In this document: positions 15,301 through 29,300 of the stretch, in pieces
Position numbering within the stretch: the stretch's first letter is position 1
How the letters are laid out: every line of letters begins with the position of its first letter
Assembly: GCF_006345805.1 (NCBI RefSeq)
Contig: NC_042997.1
Location: 167,896,001-167,960,000, forward strand
Reading direction: 5' to 3'
Source: Octopus sinensis
Lineage: Eukaryota
DNA: 64,000 bases
The notes under the pieces: generated by a model
The model's input: only the letters and a program-made list of their open reading frames with translations
Databases searched by the model: none
What the model was told of the DNA's origin: nothing
Program-made: the position numbers and the translations under genes

Positions 15301-16324
15301 CTGCAGAATAAATGATAGTCAGATGGGGCTATGTCCAGTGAATATGGTGGATGGGGTGTCATTTCCCATTCAAACTGCACCAGCCTTTGGAATGTCATCT
15401 TCGCTGTATTTGGCCAAGCATTATCCTGATGGAAGAACACTTTTAGTCTTGAAACTAAAGATGGTCGTTTTCCTTCTAGCACTGACTTGAATGACTGGTT
15501 GAATGACCAAATCCATGCTTCTCTGCTTGTTCCTCAACAGTTACAATGGGATTTTGTTCCACCAGGGTTTGCAGGATGTCTTTGTCGTGCTCTACAGATC
15601 TTCCAGGATGATGCTCGTCTTCTAAGCTGTACTTTCTGGCTTAGAATTTCTGGAACCACAGTTGCAACTGGCTTATGCTTATTGACTGATCCTCATATAC
15701 TGCATTAATATTCCTCGCACTTTCCTTTGCATTGTTGCCTTTACTGAACTCATAAAGCAAAATATGCCAAAATGCACCTTTGTCACTTCTATTATAGCTT
15801 TGAAAAAATAACAGTTAAAATCGAACTGCACTCTTCAAAACTTGCACTAAAAATAAGGACAAGGTAAAATTACTACTTGCTTTTTTAGCAAGTTGGTGCA
15901 ACTAGTTTATCCTGTTCCTCTCAGACTTTTAGTTCATGCAATTGAAAAAACCACATTACTTATGGGATGACCCAATAGTATGCAAAAAAGAGGACTGCAT
16001 GGTTATGGGCAAGTAAAATGTATGGAGGAGAACAGCTATATAAAGGCATGCCATGCACTCAAAGGAAATGGAATCTGCAGAAAAGGAGACCAAGGAAGAC
16101 TTAGGGCAAGGTGATAAAGATAGATCTAAAATTGTTGCATCTTATATGGATGAAAAAATACCTTGTGCAGTAGTATGTGTCTTGACATGGCCAAATAGGG
16201 GACAAAATTTGTGGGATCTTCTCTACATAGTATCTATGTGATATATGTGTACATGGGCTTGTAGGTTTAGGTACATACACATATGAACATGCAAGAATGC
16301 ATATATGCAAGTGTCTGTGTGTAA

Positions 16325-16373
<49 letters not shown>

Positions 16374-19300
16374 TGAGTGGCTAATAAATAAATCTTTGCC
16401 CTCCTTGATAGCCAATCTCCTTCTAACATGCTATCACTCACTCCTCTACCACATGCTCCTTTTATCACACTTCCTTCTTATCCCTCACTTGTCTTTCACT
16501 CATACAATTTGTCACCCATGTCTCTGTAGCCCTTACCATTATCCCTTCACCTGCCTTCCCTTCAATCTCTCTCCTCTTCTCCTTGTCCCTGTTCTATACT
16601 GTCAAAGTAACTAAGGATAACAGTGGTCTCTTTGACTCCCCATACATTTCTTCTGGTGTAACTAGGAATACTACTAGACTTATCTGACCCTTTTGCCTAC
16701 GTTGTACTACTTTCCCTCTCACCTTTATCAACCCAGCTCTCTCACCGGCTTGAAGTATATACTTAAGGGATTCTATCAGATTTGCATTTACCTCACAGAC
16801 TCAACCTAAACTTTCTGGTGACCATTTGGTTATCAACAGCCATCGTTCTTTCTCACACCTTGCTATCTATCAATCTCTCACCCATATCCTCTCTAGTATT
16901 GGTGTCACAATAAAATGCACCTAGTACACTTTGTGAAGTTGGTGGCATTAGGAGGGGGCATTCAGCCATGGGTACTATGCCAAAGTAGTTGGAACTTGGT
17001 GCAGTCCTCTGGTTCTTCAGCTCTTGTCAAACTGTCCAACCCATGCCAGCATGGAAAATGCATGTTAAGTATTGATGACAATGTGTGTGTGTGTGTGTAT
17101 TTATACACACACACATGCATATATACACACACTCACACAATCACTGTCTTATCTCTCTAGTTTGTAGCACCCAAGAAAGAAAGTTTAGCAGTAGCTGAGA
17201 CATTTCTTAAAGAACAAATGGGTGAACTTGGAAAGAAACAGAAAGAACTGAAAGATGTGAAGGCTAAACTGGATTCTTTGAAACAAAACTTACACAAAAA
17301 ACAACAAGAGAAAAAGGTAAGATATATATGTATATATATATATATGCACTCACACACACACACGATTGCTTAAGATTTGTGTTACTAAAAGTTTTACAAG
17401 CACTAAAAGCATGTCTGATTGATCATATACTTTAATACTGAGTGATGAAACAGTCAAAGCTTGTAAATGAGCCTAACTGATACTGGTTTATTAGTGAGGG
17501 TGCTTCTCATTGGCCTGTTTGAGTCATATGATCGAATCTGTCACCCAGCTGTTGTTAGGTGTTATAGTGACTATTGGATGAAGAATGGGAGTTAGCTGTC
17601 ACACAAGACAGAAGTAGTCTCTTTGCTTTCATTAGAAATTCCAGTAAAATAATTACAACTTTTAGTTCAGCATATAGTATATATTTCTTTACTACCCACA
17701 AGGGGCTAAACACAGAGGGAACAAACAAGCATAGAAAAACAGATTAAATCGATTATATCGGCCCCAGTGCATAACTGGTACTTATTTAATCGACCCCGAA
17801 AAGATGAAAGGCAAAGTCGACCTCGGCGGAATTTGAACTCAGAACGTAGTGACAGATGAAATACAGCTATGCATTTTGCCTGGCATGCTAACGTTTCTGC
17901 CAGCTCACCGCCTTTCAGCATATAGTATAGCGTTAATGAAAGCTCTGTTGATGTCAACTGTAGTTAAATTATTTTGTTACAGCTGTTACAGTTTTTGAAG
18001 ACAAAGATGACAGTTATGAGCTCTGAGTGAGAAAGAAGGGACTTTATCAAGAATATTCCAGGTTATATTGAGCAAGTGATTTTCCTGGTGCTGTAGTCTG
18101 CAGAGAGGAATAAATAAGAGCAGGCAATACTGTAACATGTACAATATAGTAGCTGACATGCACCCAATGTACCATGCAGGGGCAATGTACTTGAGACCAT
18201 ATACTGTAAAGCAAATACTTTAACTGTATAGCCGCATGTTATTATTCATCTTGGCTGGTTCGCTAGTCCTCAATCAGATCGTCCAACCCATGCTAGCATT
18301 GAAAGCAGACGTTAAACGATGATGATGATGATGTTATTTCTCTCATCTTGTTCTTGTTTGCCTGTATGTACATACATATTTACACACACACACACACAAA
18401 TAAAAAGAGCTAAGGGAAATAAATCAGAGTGTGTGTGTGTGTGTGTAATCAACACTGAATTAATCATCAAGCAAAATAAGCATGTGCTCTGAGCACATGA
18501 TTATAGGGAAGTGGGTGTATTACGTAAATGGTTTATGGCACAAAAGAAATCACTTTGAACTTGTTAAAATGATATTCAAAGTGGTTTATATGATCGGAAA
18601 TATCATTTCAAAGTATTCATGGTGTCATAGCGAGGATCTGATTCAAAGAATTTGCAATTAAAAAAAGTAGGAGGAAAAATTTCAAATATGAATAAAGTGG
18701 AAGTGTACAAAAATAAACATTGTTTTCCATTTTACTCTTAGTTTTGTTTCATTTTAAAAAATTAAAATTTATTTTATTGTTCATTATTGTTTTATATTTT
18801 GAATTATATATATATGGGTGCACCAAAATCTTGTAAGTGTTTTGGGCATCTATAGGTCTTAATCCAGCCCGGTATATAATGTATGTATATGAACATATAT
18901 GTAAGCAATCCCAGTTTTAAAATAGACATATTGCATCCCTACCTATGTTCAAATGGAAAACTAGATGTAAAATGATTAATGTTGATAACAATAGCAACAA
19001 TGATACCGATAACATACAGCTGCTGCAAAATTTATTTTAATTACTAATACAACTATAATAGGTAAGTTGAAACAGTCATTTTTACAAGCTTTCATTAGTT
19101 GTCGTTACCATGGTTGTTATTGTCATTGATGTTGTTTATTGTCATTATTGAAGAATCTGGAATTCAACATAGAACTGACAAAAGTGAAACTTGAAAGAGC
19201 AGAGAAACTTATAAATGGCCTTGGTGGTGAACATGACCGGTGGATACAGGTAGAATTTTACATTTTCCCCTGTAACCTTGTTTTAGATTTCTAACTTCCA

Positions 19301-21416
19301 GCTGTACTGAGAAGGGGAGCAGATTTCACAAATTAAATGCCCTTATTGCTTAAATTCATTTCACTAACTTGATTCAGTTCTCTCTACATCAAACTGAAAC
19401 CTTGGCGTTTAAGAAACCAATATCTCTTATGTTAAATTTGAACATTTATAGGATGAGACACATCCCTTCCCTTAACTCTTTTGGCACCAACCTGCCTGAG
19501 ACTATGAACTTCATATTTTAAAAAAACTAAATCAAAACCTTTCATCAGAATTTTATGTAAATTTATGCTCAAAATATCAATTTAGTAATGAGAGCTATTA
19601 GTGGAGGTGCGTGGTTTAGTGGTTAGGGTGTCAGCACCAAGATTGTGGTTTCGATTCCTGGACCGGGCAATGCGTTGTGTTCTTGAGCAAAACGCTTCAT
19701 TTCACGTTGCTCCAGTCCACTCAGCTGGCAAAGATGAGTAACGCTGCGATGGACTGGCGTCCCATCCAGCTGGGGAACACATATGCCACAGAAACCGGGA
19801 AACCGGGCCCATGAGCCTGGCTAGGCTTTAAAAGGGTGCATATATTTATTTATTAATAAGAATTATTATACTAAATTATACTAAATAGGAAGTTATTGTA
19901 TTTCAAGAGAAATATGGTAACAAAAAATTTAATTTTACTTCCTATTTTATTTTTCCCACACTAATTTTTATCCATGCCTTCATTCCTGATGTAATTCTTT
20001 TGAAATACTCTACTTCCTATATATGCTGCCCTTATTTATACCCACCAACAACTCACTAGGAAACAGCACACTTTCATTTGATGTATTTCTAATTTAGTTT
20101 TCACTCACATTTCCATTCCAGGAAAGAGAGTTTCCTCAAGTGTCCCACTTCACTTTCTGTGCATTTCTAACTTACTCCACTCCCATTTCCATTTAAAGCT
20201 GAGATGGAGGCCTAAGCAGGTTATACAAAGCAATCCTTTCCTACCATTTTCTCTTACAGTTCGAACATTTTCATATTGTCGGTTTCATATTGTATGACAA
20301 CTTTCCTCCTTCTTACTGCTGTAGTCTTTTATCATGAATATATTTACATATCAAAGTGACTGTCCAGTTCTATAGAATCTGCTGGCATTGTAAACATTAA
20401 GATTTTAACATGCACAAATTCAGACACACCCACACATAGTATAAAGATACCCCTCCTGCATAGACACGTATGTTCTTGCTCATATGTATTAGTGAAAACA
20501 TATATATATATAAGAATTTTTTGTGCAATAAGATAAAAAAACCAAGGCTGTATAGATATTAGAGCATTTATAGATAGAAGGTCTTACAGCTGTTTCTAGG
20601 ATATTTATTAATAATATCCCTTCATCGGAGACGGTGTGAGAGGAAAGTTAATAAAATATATATATACATATATATATATATATCAAATCAAAAAAAAATA
20701 TATATATATATATCAAATCAAAAATCAAACAAAATCAAAATAGATGAACATCAATGGAATTTGTATCTTTGTGGTACCAGTGCCGGTGGCACACAAGAAA
20801 ACCATCCGAACGTGGCCGTAGCCAGTACCGCAATGACTGGCCTCCATGCTGTGGGCACGTAACAATCACCATCCAATCGTGGCCGATCGCCAGCCTAATC
20901 TGGCTCCTGTGTCGGTGGCACATAAAAAAACACCATCCGAGCGTGGTCGTCTGCTAGCCTTGTCTGGCACCTGTGTCGGTGGCACATAAAAACACCATCC
21001 GAGCGTGGCCGTTCGCCAGCCTCGTCTGGCACCTGTGTCGGTGGCACATAAAAACACCATCCGAGCGTGGTCGTCTACTAGCCTTGTCTGGCACCTGTGT
21101 CGGTGGCACATAAAAACACCATCCGAGCGTGGCCGTTCGCCAGCTTCGTCTGGCACCTGTGTCGGTGGCACATAAAAACACCATCCGAGTGTGGCCGTTC
21201 GCCAGCCTCGTCTGGCACCTGTGTCGGTGGCACATAAAATCACCCACTACACTCTCGGAGTGGTTGGCGTTAGGAAGGGCATCCAGCTGTAGAAACACTG
21301 CCAGAACTGACTGGCCTGGTGCAGCCTTCGGGCTCCCCAGACCCCAGTTGAACCGTCCAACCCATGCTAGCATGGAAAGCGGACGTTAAATGATGATGAT
21401 GATGATGATGATGATG

Positions 21417-21457
<41 letters not shown>

Positions 21458-24400
21458 GACAGACAGACAGAGATAAGTAGGTAGGTGGGTGAGTGGGTGG
21501 TGGGTAGGTAGATAGATAGATTTGATTGATTTCTCCATCTATGTGTACACCCACACATTCACACATCTGATGATGGCTTGGTCAAAATTTGGAAGTGACT
21601 GTTAATACTAATCTTGTTAAAGAATAACAAATTTGTGCTCAACCAAAAGTATTGAGTAATCCTCCAGTTTAAGATAAAATTGCTATTATTATAACATAAA
21701 AACAATCATTAACATATATAAACACACATACATACAAATAAACAGACAAAACATTGTTATAGAGGTCAACTGTCCAACAGAGATGAGTATTTTCTTTAAA
21801 ATTAGCAAGTAAGAAAACATCTATGGTAAACTACTTCGAAAACTGTGACTTCTCTCCCAAGATTATATATCTACATTTGCCCTTATAACCATTATTGCTT
21901 TCTAATAGAGATGGGATTTTCAAATAAAAACAAAAATTACCATTTAATAATTATTCTGTAAAGTCATTCTGTAGGCAAAACGGTGGGAGGAGGACAGTTC
22001 AGCATGTAATTCTATCCTGTGGTTGGAATCTAACTTCCAGTGATAGGGCCTTATTGATTTAGTTAGAAATGATCCCCCAACTTCTCTACAGGGATATTAC
22101 AAAGAATTAGAAAAAAAAGAGACGGGCATACATCCTAACTATTACACACAGACGCGCGCGCACACACAATGTATGTATGTATATCATCAAACAAAATTCA
22201 TTTCTTATATATTTACTGAGAAACTGCTGTGAGTTGATCCCCTGTTCTCTGTGATTAATAAATGTAAACATATTACTATGTTGTTTATTGCCAGGCAGTA
22301 GACAGTTTAACGAACACATATGATAACATAATTGGAGATGTCCTGCTGTCAGCATCTGTGGTGGCCTACCTTGGTCCTTTCATCTCTTCTTACAGACAGG
22401 TAAGATATAAGGATATGTAAGTGGTGTGATGATGTGCTGCAGCTGCTACTGATGATGATGATGGTGATGATGAGGCGGAGGAGGCGGGAGGAGGAGGAGA
22501 GTGGTGGCGGTGGTGGTTTACTCTTAGATGAGCCTCAGTTGAATAGACCTCAAATCAAAGGGATTCCAACATGGGAACATCCCATGGTTGCTCTCCTTTT
22601 ATTGTTTATTTTAATATTCTATCAGTTTTTGGCATACTATATTTATGACTATGCTATCAAAATGCATCCTTTTCTAAGACAGTAGAGTGCAGTTTCAGGA
22701 AATTTGACTGCTATTTCTATGTCATAGAGACACATGGCTTTGTAGTTAAGGTGTTGGACTCATGATCGTATGATCATAGTTTTGATTATTGGACTGAGTT
22801 TTCCATGAGCAAAACACTTCATTTCACATTACTCCAGTCCACTCAGCTGGTAAAAATGAGTAATTCTGTGATGAACCAGCGTCCTGTCCATGGAGGAATA
22901 TATATGCCAGAGAAACCAGGAAACTGAATCTATGCTCCTCATGGAGTAATATGGATTTAACTATGCTATGTATAGTGTTGTTGTTGTTGTTGTTTGACTC
23001 CAGATGGATCTTGATCAAGTAGACAAGGGATCAAAGTCATCCCAGTTATAACCTATTCCTTTTTACATGTCATGTATGGACGACTATATAATTCAATGCA
23101 TCCTTCCTTTCTTTATTAAAATAGTAGGATGTTGCATCAGAGTGATTTAGCTGATATTTCTAGCAGGTTGGATGATCATACAAAGGTTCTTTCATTGGTT
23201 TGTATCGTGGTTGCTGTTTTATAACCCTAGAACAGCAGTGGTCCAGTTGAGCTATCATGTCAGATATTCTGGTCATGATCATCCCATCTTTTCAGCTATA
23301 GCTTAGATTACATTATCTAATGTCTTTTTTTTAAAAAAAAGCCAGTAAAGGGTGGTTTTTAGAGAGATTTAGCTGCTATTTCTGGCAGGTAGTGCAACTA
23401 ATTATATAGAGATTTTTCTCATGGGTTCTTAGTAAGCAGTAAAAAAGTGTTGTATTTAAAGCATTCTATTGGGTTGTCCGGAAAGTTCATGCCAGTTTAT
23501 AGTAGCTTACCTTTCGACTTATTTTAGAACATGGTTGAGTCTATAAAATAGGATTTGACTACACTTCCATTTAGAGCACAGTTTAAGCTATCTTTTTGTG
23601 GAAGAAGGTTTATGTTCCTATAACCTGTGTTAATTCTGTAACCCTTTACAATAGAAGATAAGAAAATTCATTTCCAGCACTTGATGCTTTGGGAACCAGA
23701 CAAAAATTGCTGCAGCTCGGCTGGGATGTGTTACCCCACCCTCCATTTTCACCAGATATTGCGCCTTCAGATTTCCACTTATTCAGGTCTCTGCAGAATA
23801 GTCTTAATGGTAAAAATTTCAATTCCTTGGATGACGTAAAAAGATACCTTGATAAATTATTTATCATGAAACCACCTCGATTCTGGGAAGAGGGTATTTT
23901 CAAGTTAAAGGAAAGATGGAGACACATTGTGCAACAAAATGGTTCATGTTTGGTTGATTAAAAATGTAATGGCAACTATTTATTGACCTTTTTCTTTCCT
24001 TTAAAAAGCGGCACAAACTTTCCTGACAACCCAATATATTAAATACTGCATGCAAGTGCATATAAAGTATATATAAATATTATATGCATGTACCCTTCAA
24101 ATTAAAGAAATGTATATTCAAAGACTTTCTTCTGATTTTTCTTATTTCTTTTCTTTTTCCCTTCAGGAATGTCTCCAAGAATGGTATAAATGTTGCAAGA
24201 AGAGAGGGATTCCTCTTTCAGCTCAGTTCTCTTTGTCCAAAACTTTAGGAAACCCTTTGAAAATCAGAGAATGGCAAATTGCTGGTTTACCTGTTGACAG
24301 GTAACTTAAATATATTAATATTGCTGGTATAGCTTTGTAGTTGCGAGGTTTAATTCCCAACCATGTGATCTTAGGTTCAGTCCCACTGTGCAACACCTTT

Positions 24401-26263
24401 AACCAGTGTCTTCTACTATAGTTCCAAACCAACCAAAGTCATATGAGTGGATTTGGTAGATAGAAATTGAAAGTAGATAGAAACTGAAAGGCAGTGAGCT
24501 GGCAGAAATGTTAGCACGCCGGGCGAAATGCTTAGCGGTTTTTACATTCTGAGTTCAAATTCCGCTGAGGTCAACTTTGCCTTTCATCCTTTCGGGGTCA
24601 ATAAATTAAGCACCAGTTATGCACTAGGGTCGATGTAATTGACTTGACCCGTTTGTCTGTCCTTGTTTGTCCCCTCTATGTTTAGCCCCTTGTGGGCAAT
24701 AAAGAAATAAGAAACTGAAAGAAGCTTATCATATATATGTGTTGGTGTGTACCTTTGTCTAGATACCACGAGATGGTTATAAATAAGCATCATTATTCAA
24801 GCAAAATTATTCATTTTCAGTCTTCTGTGAAAAACATGCATGGCTATGGTAGATATTACCTAGCTTGGAAACAGGTAAAGGTTGGTGACAGGAAAGGCAT
24901 CAGGTCATAGAAAATCTGCTTCAACGAATTTCGTCTGACCCATACAAGCAGGGAAATGTGGATGCTAGAACAATGATGATTTCTCTAAGCCCTAAAGGGA
25001 TTTTTTTAAGGGCTAATACTGGTCCTTAAAGTCTGATTTATGACTATAAGAAGTCAAGTGACTAATTTCACCAAGGATGGAATGCCAACTCTATCTCAGG
25101 TACCATTATTAACTGATATGGTACCCATTAACAAGTGCTGTGTAAACTAAGATGTGTAGAATGGAGTGCACTATCCACACACACAACAGTAGCCCTATGA
25201 TGGATTTAAACAAGAAGACCTTTCAAATGACTACCCACTAACACGTCCCTTCAACCATTTCATTTTTATTAAATAAAACATCTAAGATTATGGTAGGCAT
25301 AACTGCTACTTACTTTGGGGGATGAAAGCATAACTGTGTATCTGAAGAACATGTGACTTCATTAAATTTTCATTTGTTATATTGGTCAATTGAGAAGCTG
25401 ACAAATTTTGCATGCTGCTGCTGCTGCTGCTGGTAGTGGTTTATGTTTGTGATGGTGATGGTAACGATGGTGATAGTTCTGCTGCTGGTGTTATAGTTGT
25501 TGTTGTTGTTAAGCAACAAGACAGGTAAGGGTGATTAGGTGATGGTCTAGGGCTTAGGGGCGAGAGACCCCAGGCCTTGGAAAAAAAAAACTTTGGTCAT
25601 CTTGTAGTCGAGGGCTCTTCGTTGACGCCCGACACCAGAGAGGTGGTCCTCGAAGTCGCTAGAAATGGAGATCTCTAGGTCCAAATTCTTGGACAACTGC
25701 TGCTGCTGCTGCTGATTGTGGGTTGAATTCATTCAAAATTCTGGTCAACTTGAATGAAAGGCATTCTAAAAGTGAAGCTGGGCATTAAAAGCATTAGGTA
25801 ATGAATGTAAACAAAAGACTGCTATGTGTATGTGACACAAATAAATCATGAGTCCTGAATGAAACAGTACAATTTACTGACATCAGAAGGTAGCTGTGGA
25901 GGAGAAAGATGAGGATGAACAAATGGGGAGTCATATCTGAGGATGTAGGACCCTCATAGATAACAAAATGTGTAGGATATGTTGGTTAGCTAATCCTTTC
26001 AACCAGTGCTAAATTGTTAAAATGATGATATCAATGTTTCAGCTTCTCAGTAGAGAATGGTATCATTGTGGACAACTGTGGGAGATGGCCATTAATAATT
26101 GACCCACAAGGTCAAGCCAACAAATGGATAAAGAACATGGAATGTCACAACAAACTTCAAGTCACCAAACACACTGATGCTAATTATGGCCGGATTATAG
26201 AGAACTGCTTACAGGTAAACAACATTACAGAGCTTTGAATATTCTTTCTAAAAATCTCTCCCC

Positions 26264-26354
<91 letters not shown>

Positions 26355-29300
26355 AGTATATGTATTGATGGAAAACTTCTATGAATGGCTGAAGATTGCT
26401 CAACAATTTTAAAACTGATGTAATACTTACAATGTTTAATAAAATGATGTAGCATGAAATGATCATACCAAATTACCGAAGATATTCTTGTTGCTTACTT
26501 TAATTATATATATATGTATGTATGTGTGTGTGTGAGTGTGTGTGTGCATGCGTGCATGTCTGTGTGTGTATAATTTCTTCCTTTTCTTGTTCCCCTTTCT
26601 CTTTCTAATCTGCAGTTTTTCCTCCCTCTCTCTGTCACATTCTCTCTAACCCTTTCTGTTTTTCTCTCTTTTTCTCATGCCTACACACAGTAACAACTAG
26701 TTAGTCGTAGAAAGTACTATTTATTAACAGAAAGTACTGGTTAGTGACAGACACTACCAGTTTGTGGTAGAAAGTACTAGCTTGTTAGTTGTGAAAAGTA
26801 CTTGTTAGGTTCAGAAAGTATCAATGAGTAACAGAAACTACTAGCTAGTAACAGAAAATTCTAGTTACGGATAATACTAGTTAGTTGTAGAAACTAGTAA
26901 TTAGCAACAGACGATGCTTATTAGTAGTAGAAACTAAGAGCTGGTTGTAAAAAGCCAAAGATCCTAGCATTGTATGGGAAAATGCCTTGCTTGATGGGTA
27001 TATTTAGAAACTGAATCCTTTGTACATAGAGTAAGCAACAGGAGCACAAAAGATACATAGATTTTTGATAACCTGGTTAAGAACTAACACTTTAGATTTG
27101 ATGAATGTACTGTAAATATTACTGATGTTGTTTAACTCCAGATCAACCACAATGAAGCAGAATATTGGTCAAAGGTATTCTAGCTATGACAGACCCCACT
27201 TTTTGTATATTTAAGTTGACATAGTCTACAGCAAGTTTTCCTTTTTCCAAGATTGTGTATGATTTGAAGGATGTTTGGTTGCTATTTCTAGCTGGTCAGT
27301 TATGTACATAATGGCTCCCACATGATGCAATATGATGGGAAGTTGATAGTAATAGAATGTGGGAGATTTCTTAGATCCCTTATAAGGACATGAATGTAGA
27401 GGATTTACTGGATGTGTATTATTAACCCCCAATAATTCTCACAGTACATCTGTGCTGAGACACTAACAACAGCCAACAAGTTCAGAAGAGATGATTGTGC
27501 CAGTATGATTAAGTGGTGTAAAGGAAGAATGAGTGATATATAAAAAAAGTGTTCTTTTCAGTTGGATGTGGATGTTCAAGGTAGAGGAAGGACCACTAAG
27601 AAGTAGAGAGGTTAGATCTCAAAATCTTGAGCTGTACCAATGAGATGTAAAGAAACTGAGATAAGTAGCAATATCTGGTCTGATCAATAAGTATCCAGAC
27701 TGTTACCACATTAACAAAGCTAAAGCATGCAGAGTGAAACTGCTGGGCTCAGATTGACCTTGAACTCTGCTGTGCAAGCGCACTAAGTTTTAATGTGCTG
27801 GCTCACTTCTGCTGTTCGCAGCAGTGCTTGGAAAGAAGGTGTGTAGCATGTGACTGTTACAATGACCATGACAGAACTGTATTGAATTTTGCCAAAAGCT
27901 TGGGGAAACCTGCTCAGAGGCCTACATAAAGTTTTCAAAAAGTTTTCATCATTCTCGGCACAACCAAGGAGATCTTGTACAACTGAAACCTGAGTGTCTT
28001 TTTGGTCAGCTGAAAGCAGTTTTGGCACAAACTTGGCAGACACAAACCTCGTACCCAAATCTTCAGTGATAATCAACTGAACTGAACCATAACTTATCTG
28101 CACATCCTCTGATAACTTATGGATGGTAATTCGATAATTTCCCCTCACATCTGCACTGTTTTTTGCAGTTTTGCTGGTTACAAATCTCCCAGAATGTTTG
28201 TTAATATCAACATTTTTTTGGCTATCTTGGAAACGTCTGAACCACTCATACACTTGTGTGCAGCTCATGCACTCCTCTCCATACACTTTCTGCAACTTTG
28301 CATAGGCCTTCGAGCAGGTATTGCCATAACAGCTTTCTCTGTCATGGTCAATGCAACGATCACACACTACACATCTTCCTTCCAAGCACTGCTGTAAACA
28401 GTGGAAGTGAGCTAGAATGTTAAAACTTAATGTGCATGCACAGCAGAGTTCAAGGTCAATCTTTGCCAAGCAGCTTTACCCTGTGTGCTTTAGTTTCGTT
28501 ACTATAGCAACAGTCTGGATACTTATTGATCAGACCTCATATATAGTATAACAGACATAGCTAGCATATGTCATCATGGAAAAATGGTCATTTTGACAAC
28601 ATGGTGGTAATGCTAGTGATGATGATGATGACAGTGTTGGTACAACAGAAGATGTTGTGATAATACTTTAAGAAAATAACTTCATTAGAATGGTTTCATT
28701 TTTATTTCTTATCTTCCTTCTTAGTTTGGTTGTCCATGTCTATTAGAAAATGTTGGAGAAGAACTTGATCCACTTTTAGAACCAATTCTTCTGAAGCAGA
28801 CTTTCAAGCAGGTAAATCATTCCAATATAATGGTGTAAAAACTAAAAAGGTGCCACAATGCACAATGCTATTCTAAATTCTTTACTCAAGCATGCTTCTC
28901 AAACGCACAACCTCACGCACACACATACGTGGAGACACACACACACATACACACACAAACACACACACGCACACACGAGTGCATGCAACAGGCTTCCAAC
29001 AATTTCCATCAAAATCCCTCAGAAGGCAGTGGTAAATCTGGATGTTGTACAATGGAACCAATCAAAGCATGTTCTTGCAAACCTTTTAATCATGTAACAA
29101 TGTCTGCACTAACACATGCATATATACATACACATATGCACACACACACACATGCACACACGCACACACACATATACATGCATGTATGTGTGTGTGTGTG
29201 TGTAAACTCTTTGGATTTCCTTGAAATTCAACACTGCTAGTCCTTTAAGAGTCACAAAATAAATAAATATACAAATATACCCTCTACTTGACGTGTTGGA

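Noticed and set aside
20870-21240. CRISPR-like repeat array (also 40515-40885)
   Set aside because: The units repeat in full with no unique spacers, there are no cas genes, and the array lies in a LINE 3' UTR in a eukaryotic intron.
22434-22685. Poly-M/R/E/G ORF after exon 13
   Set aside because: It is a compound triplet microsatellite inside the intron.
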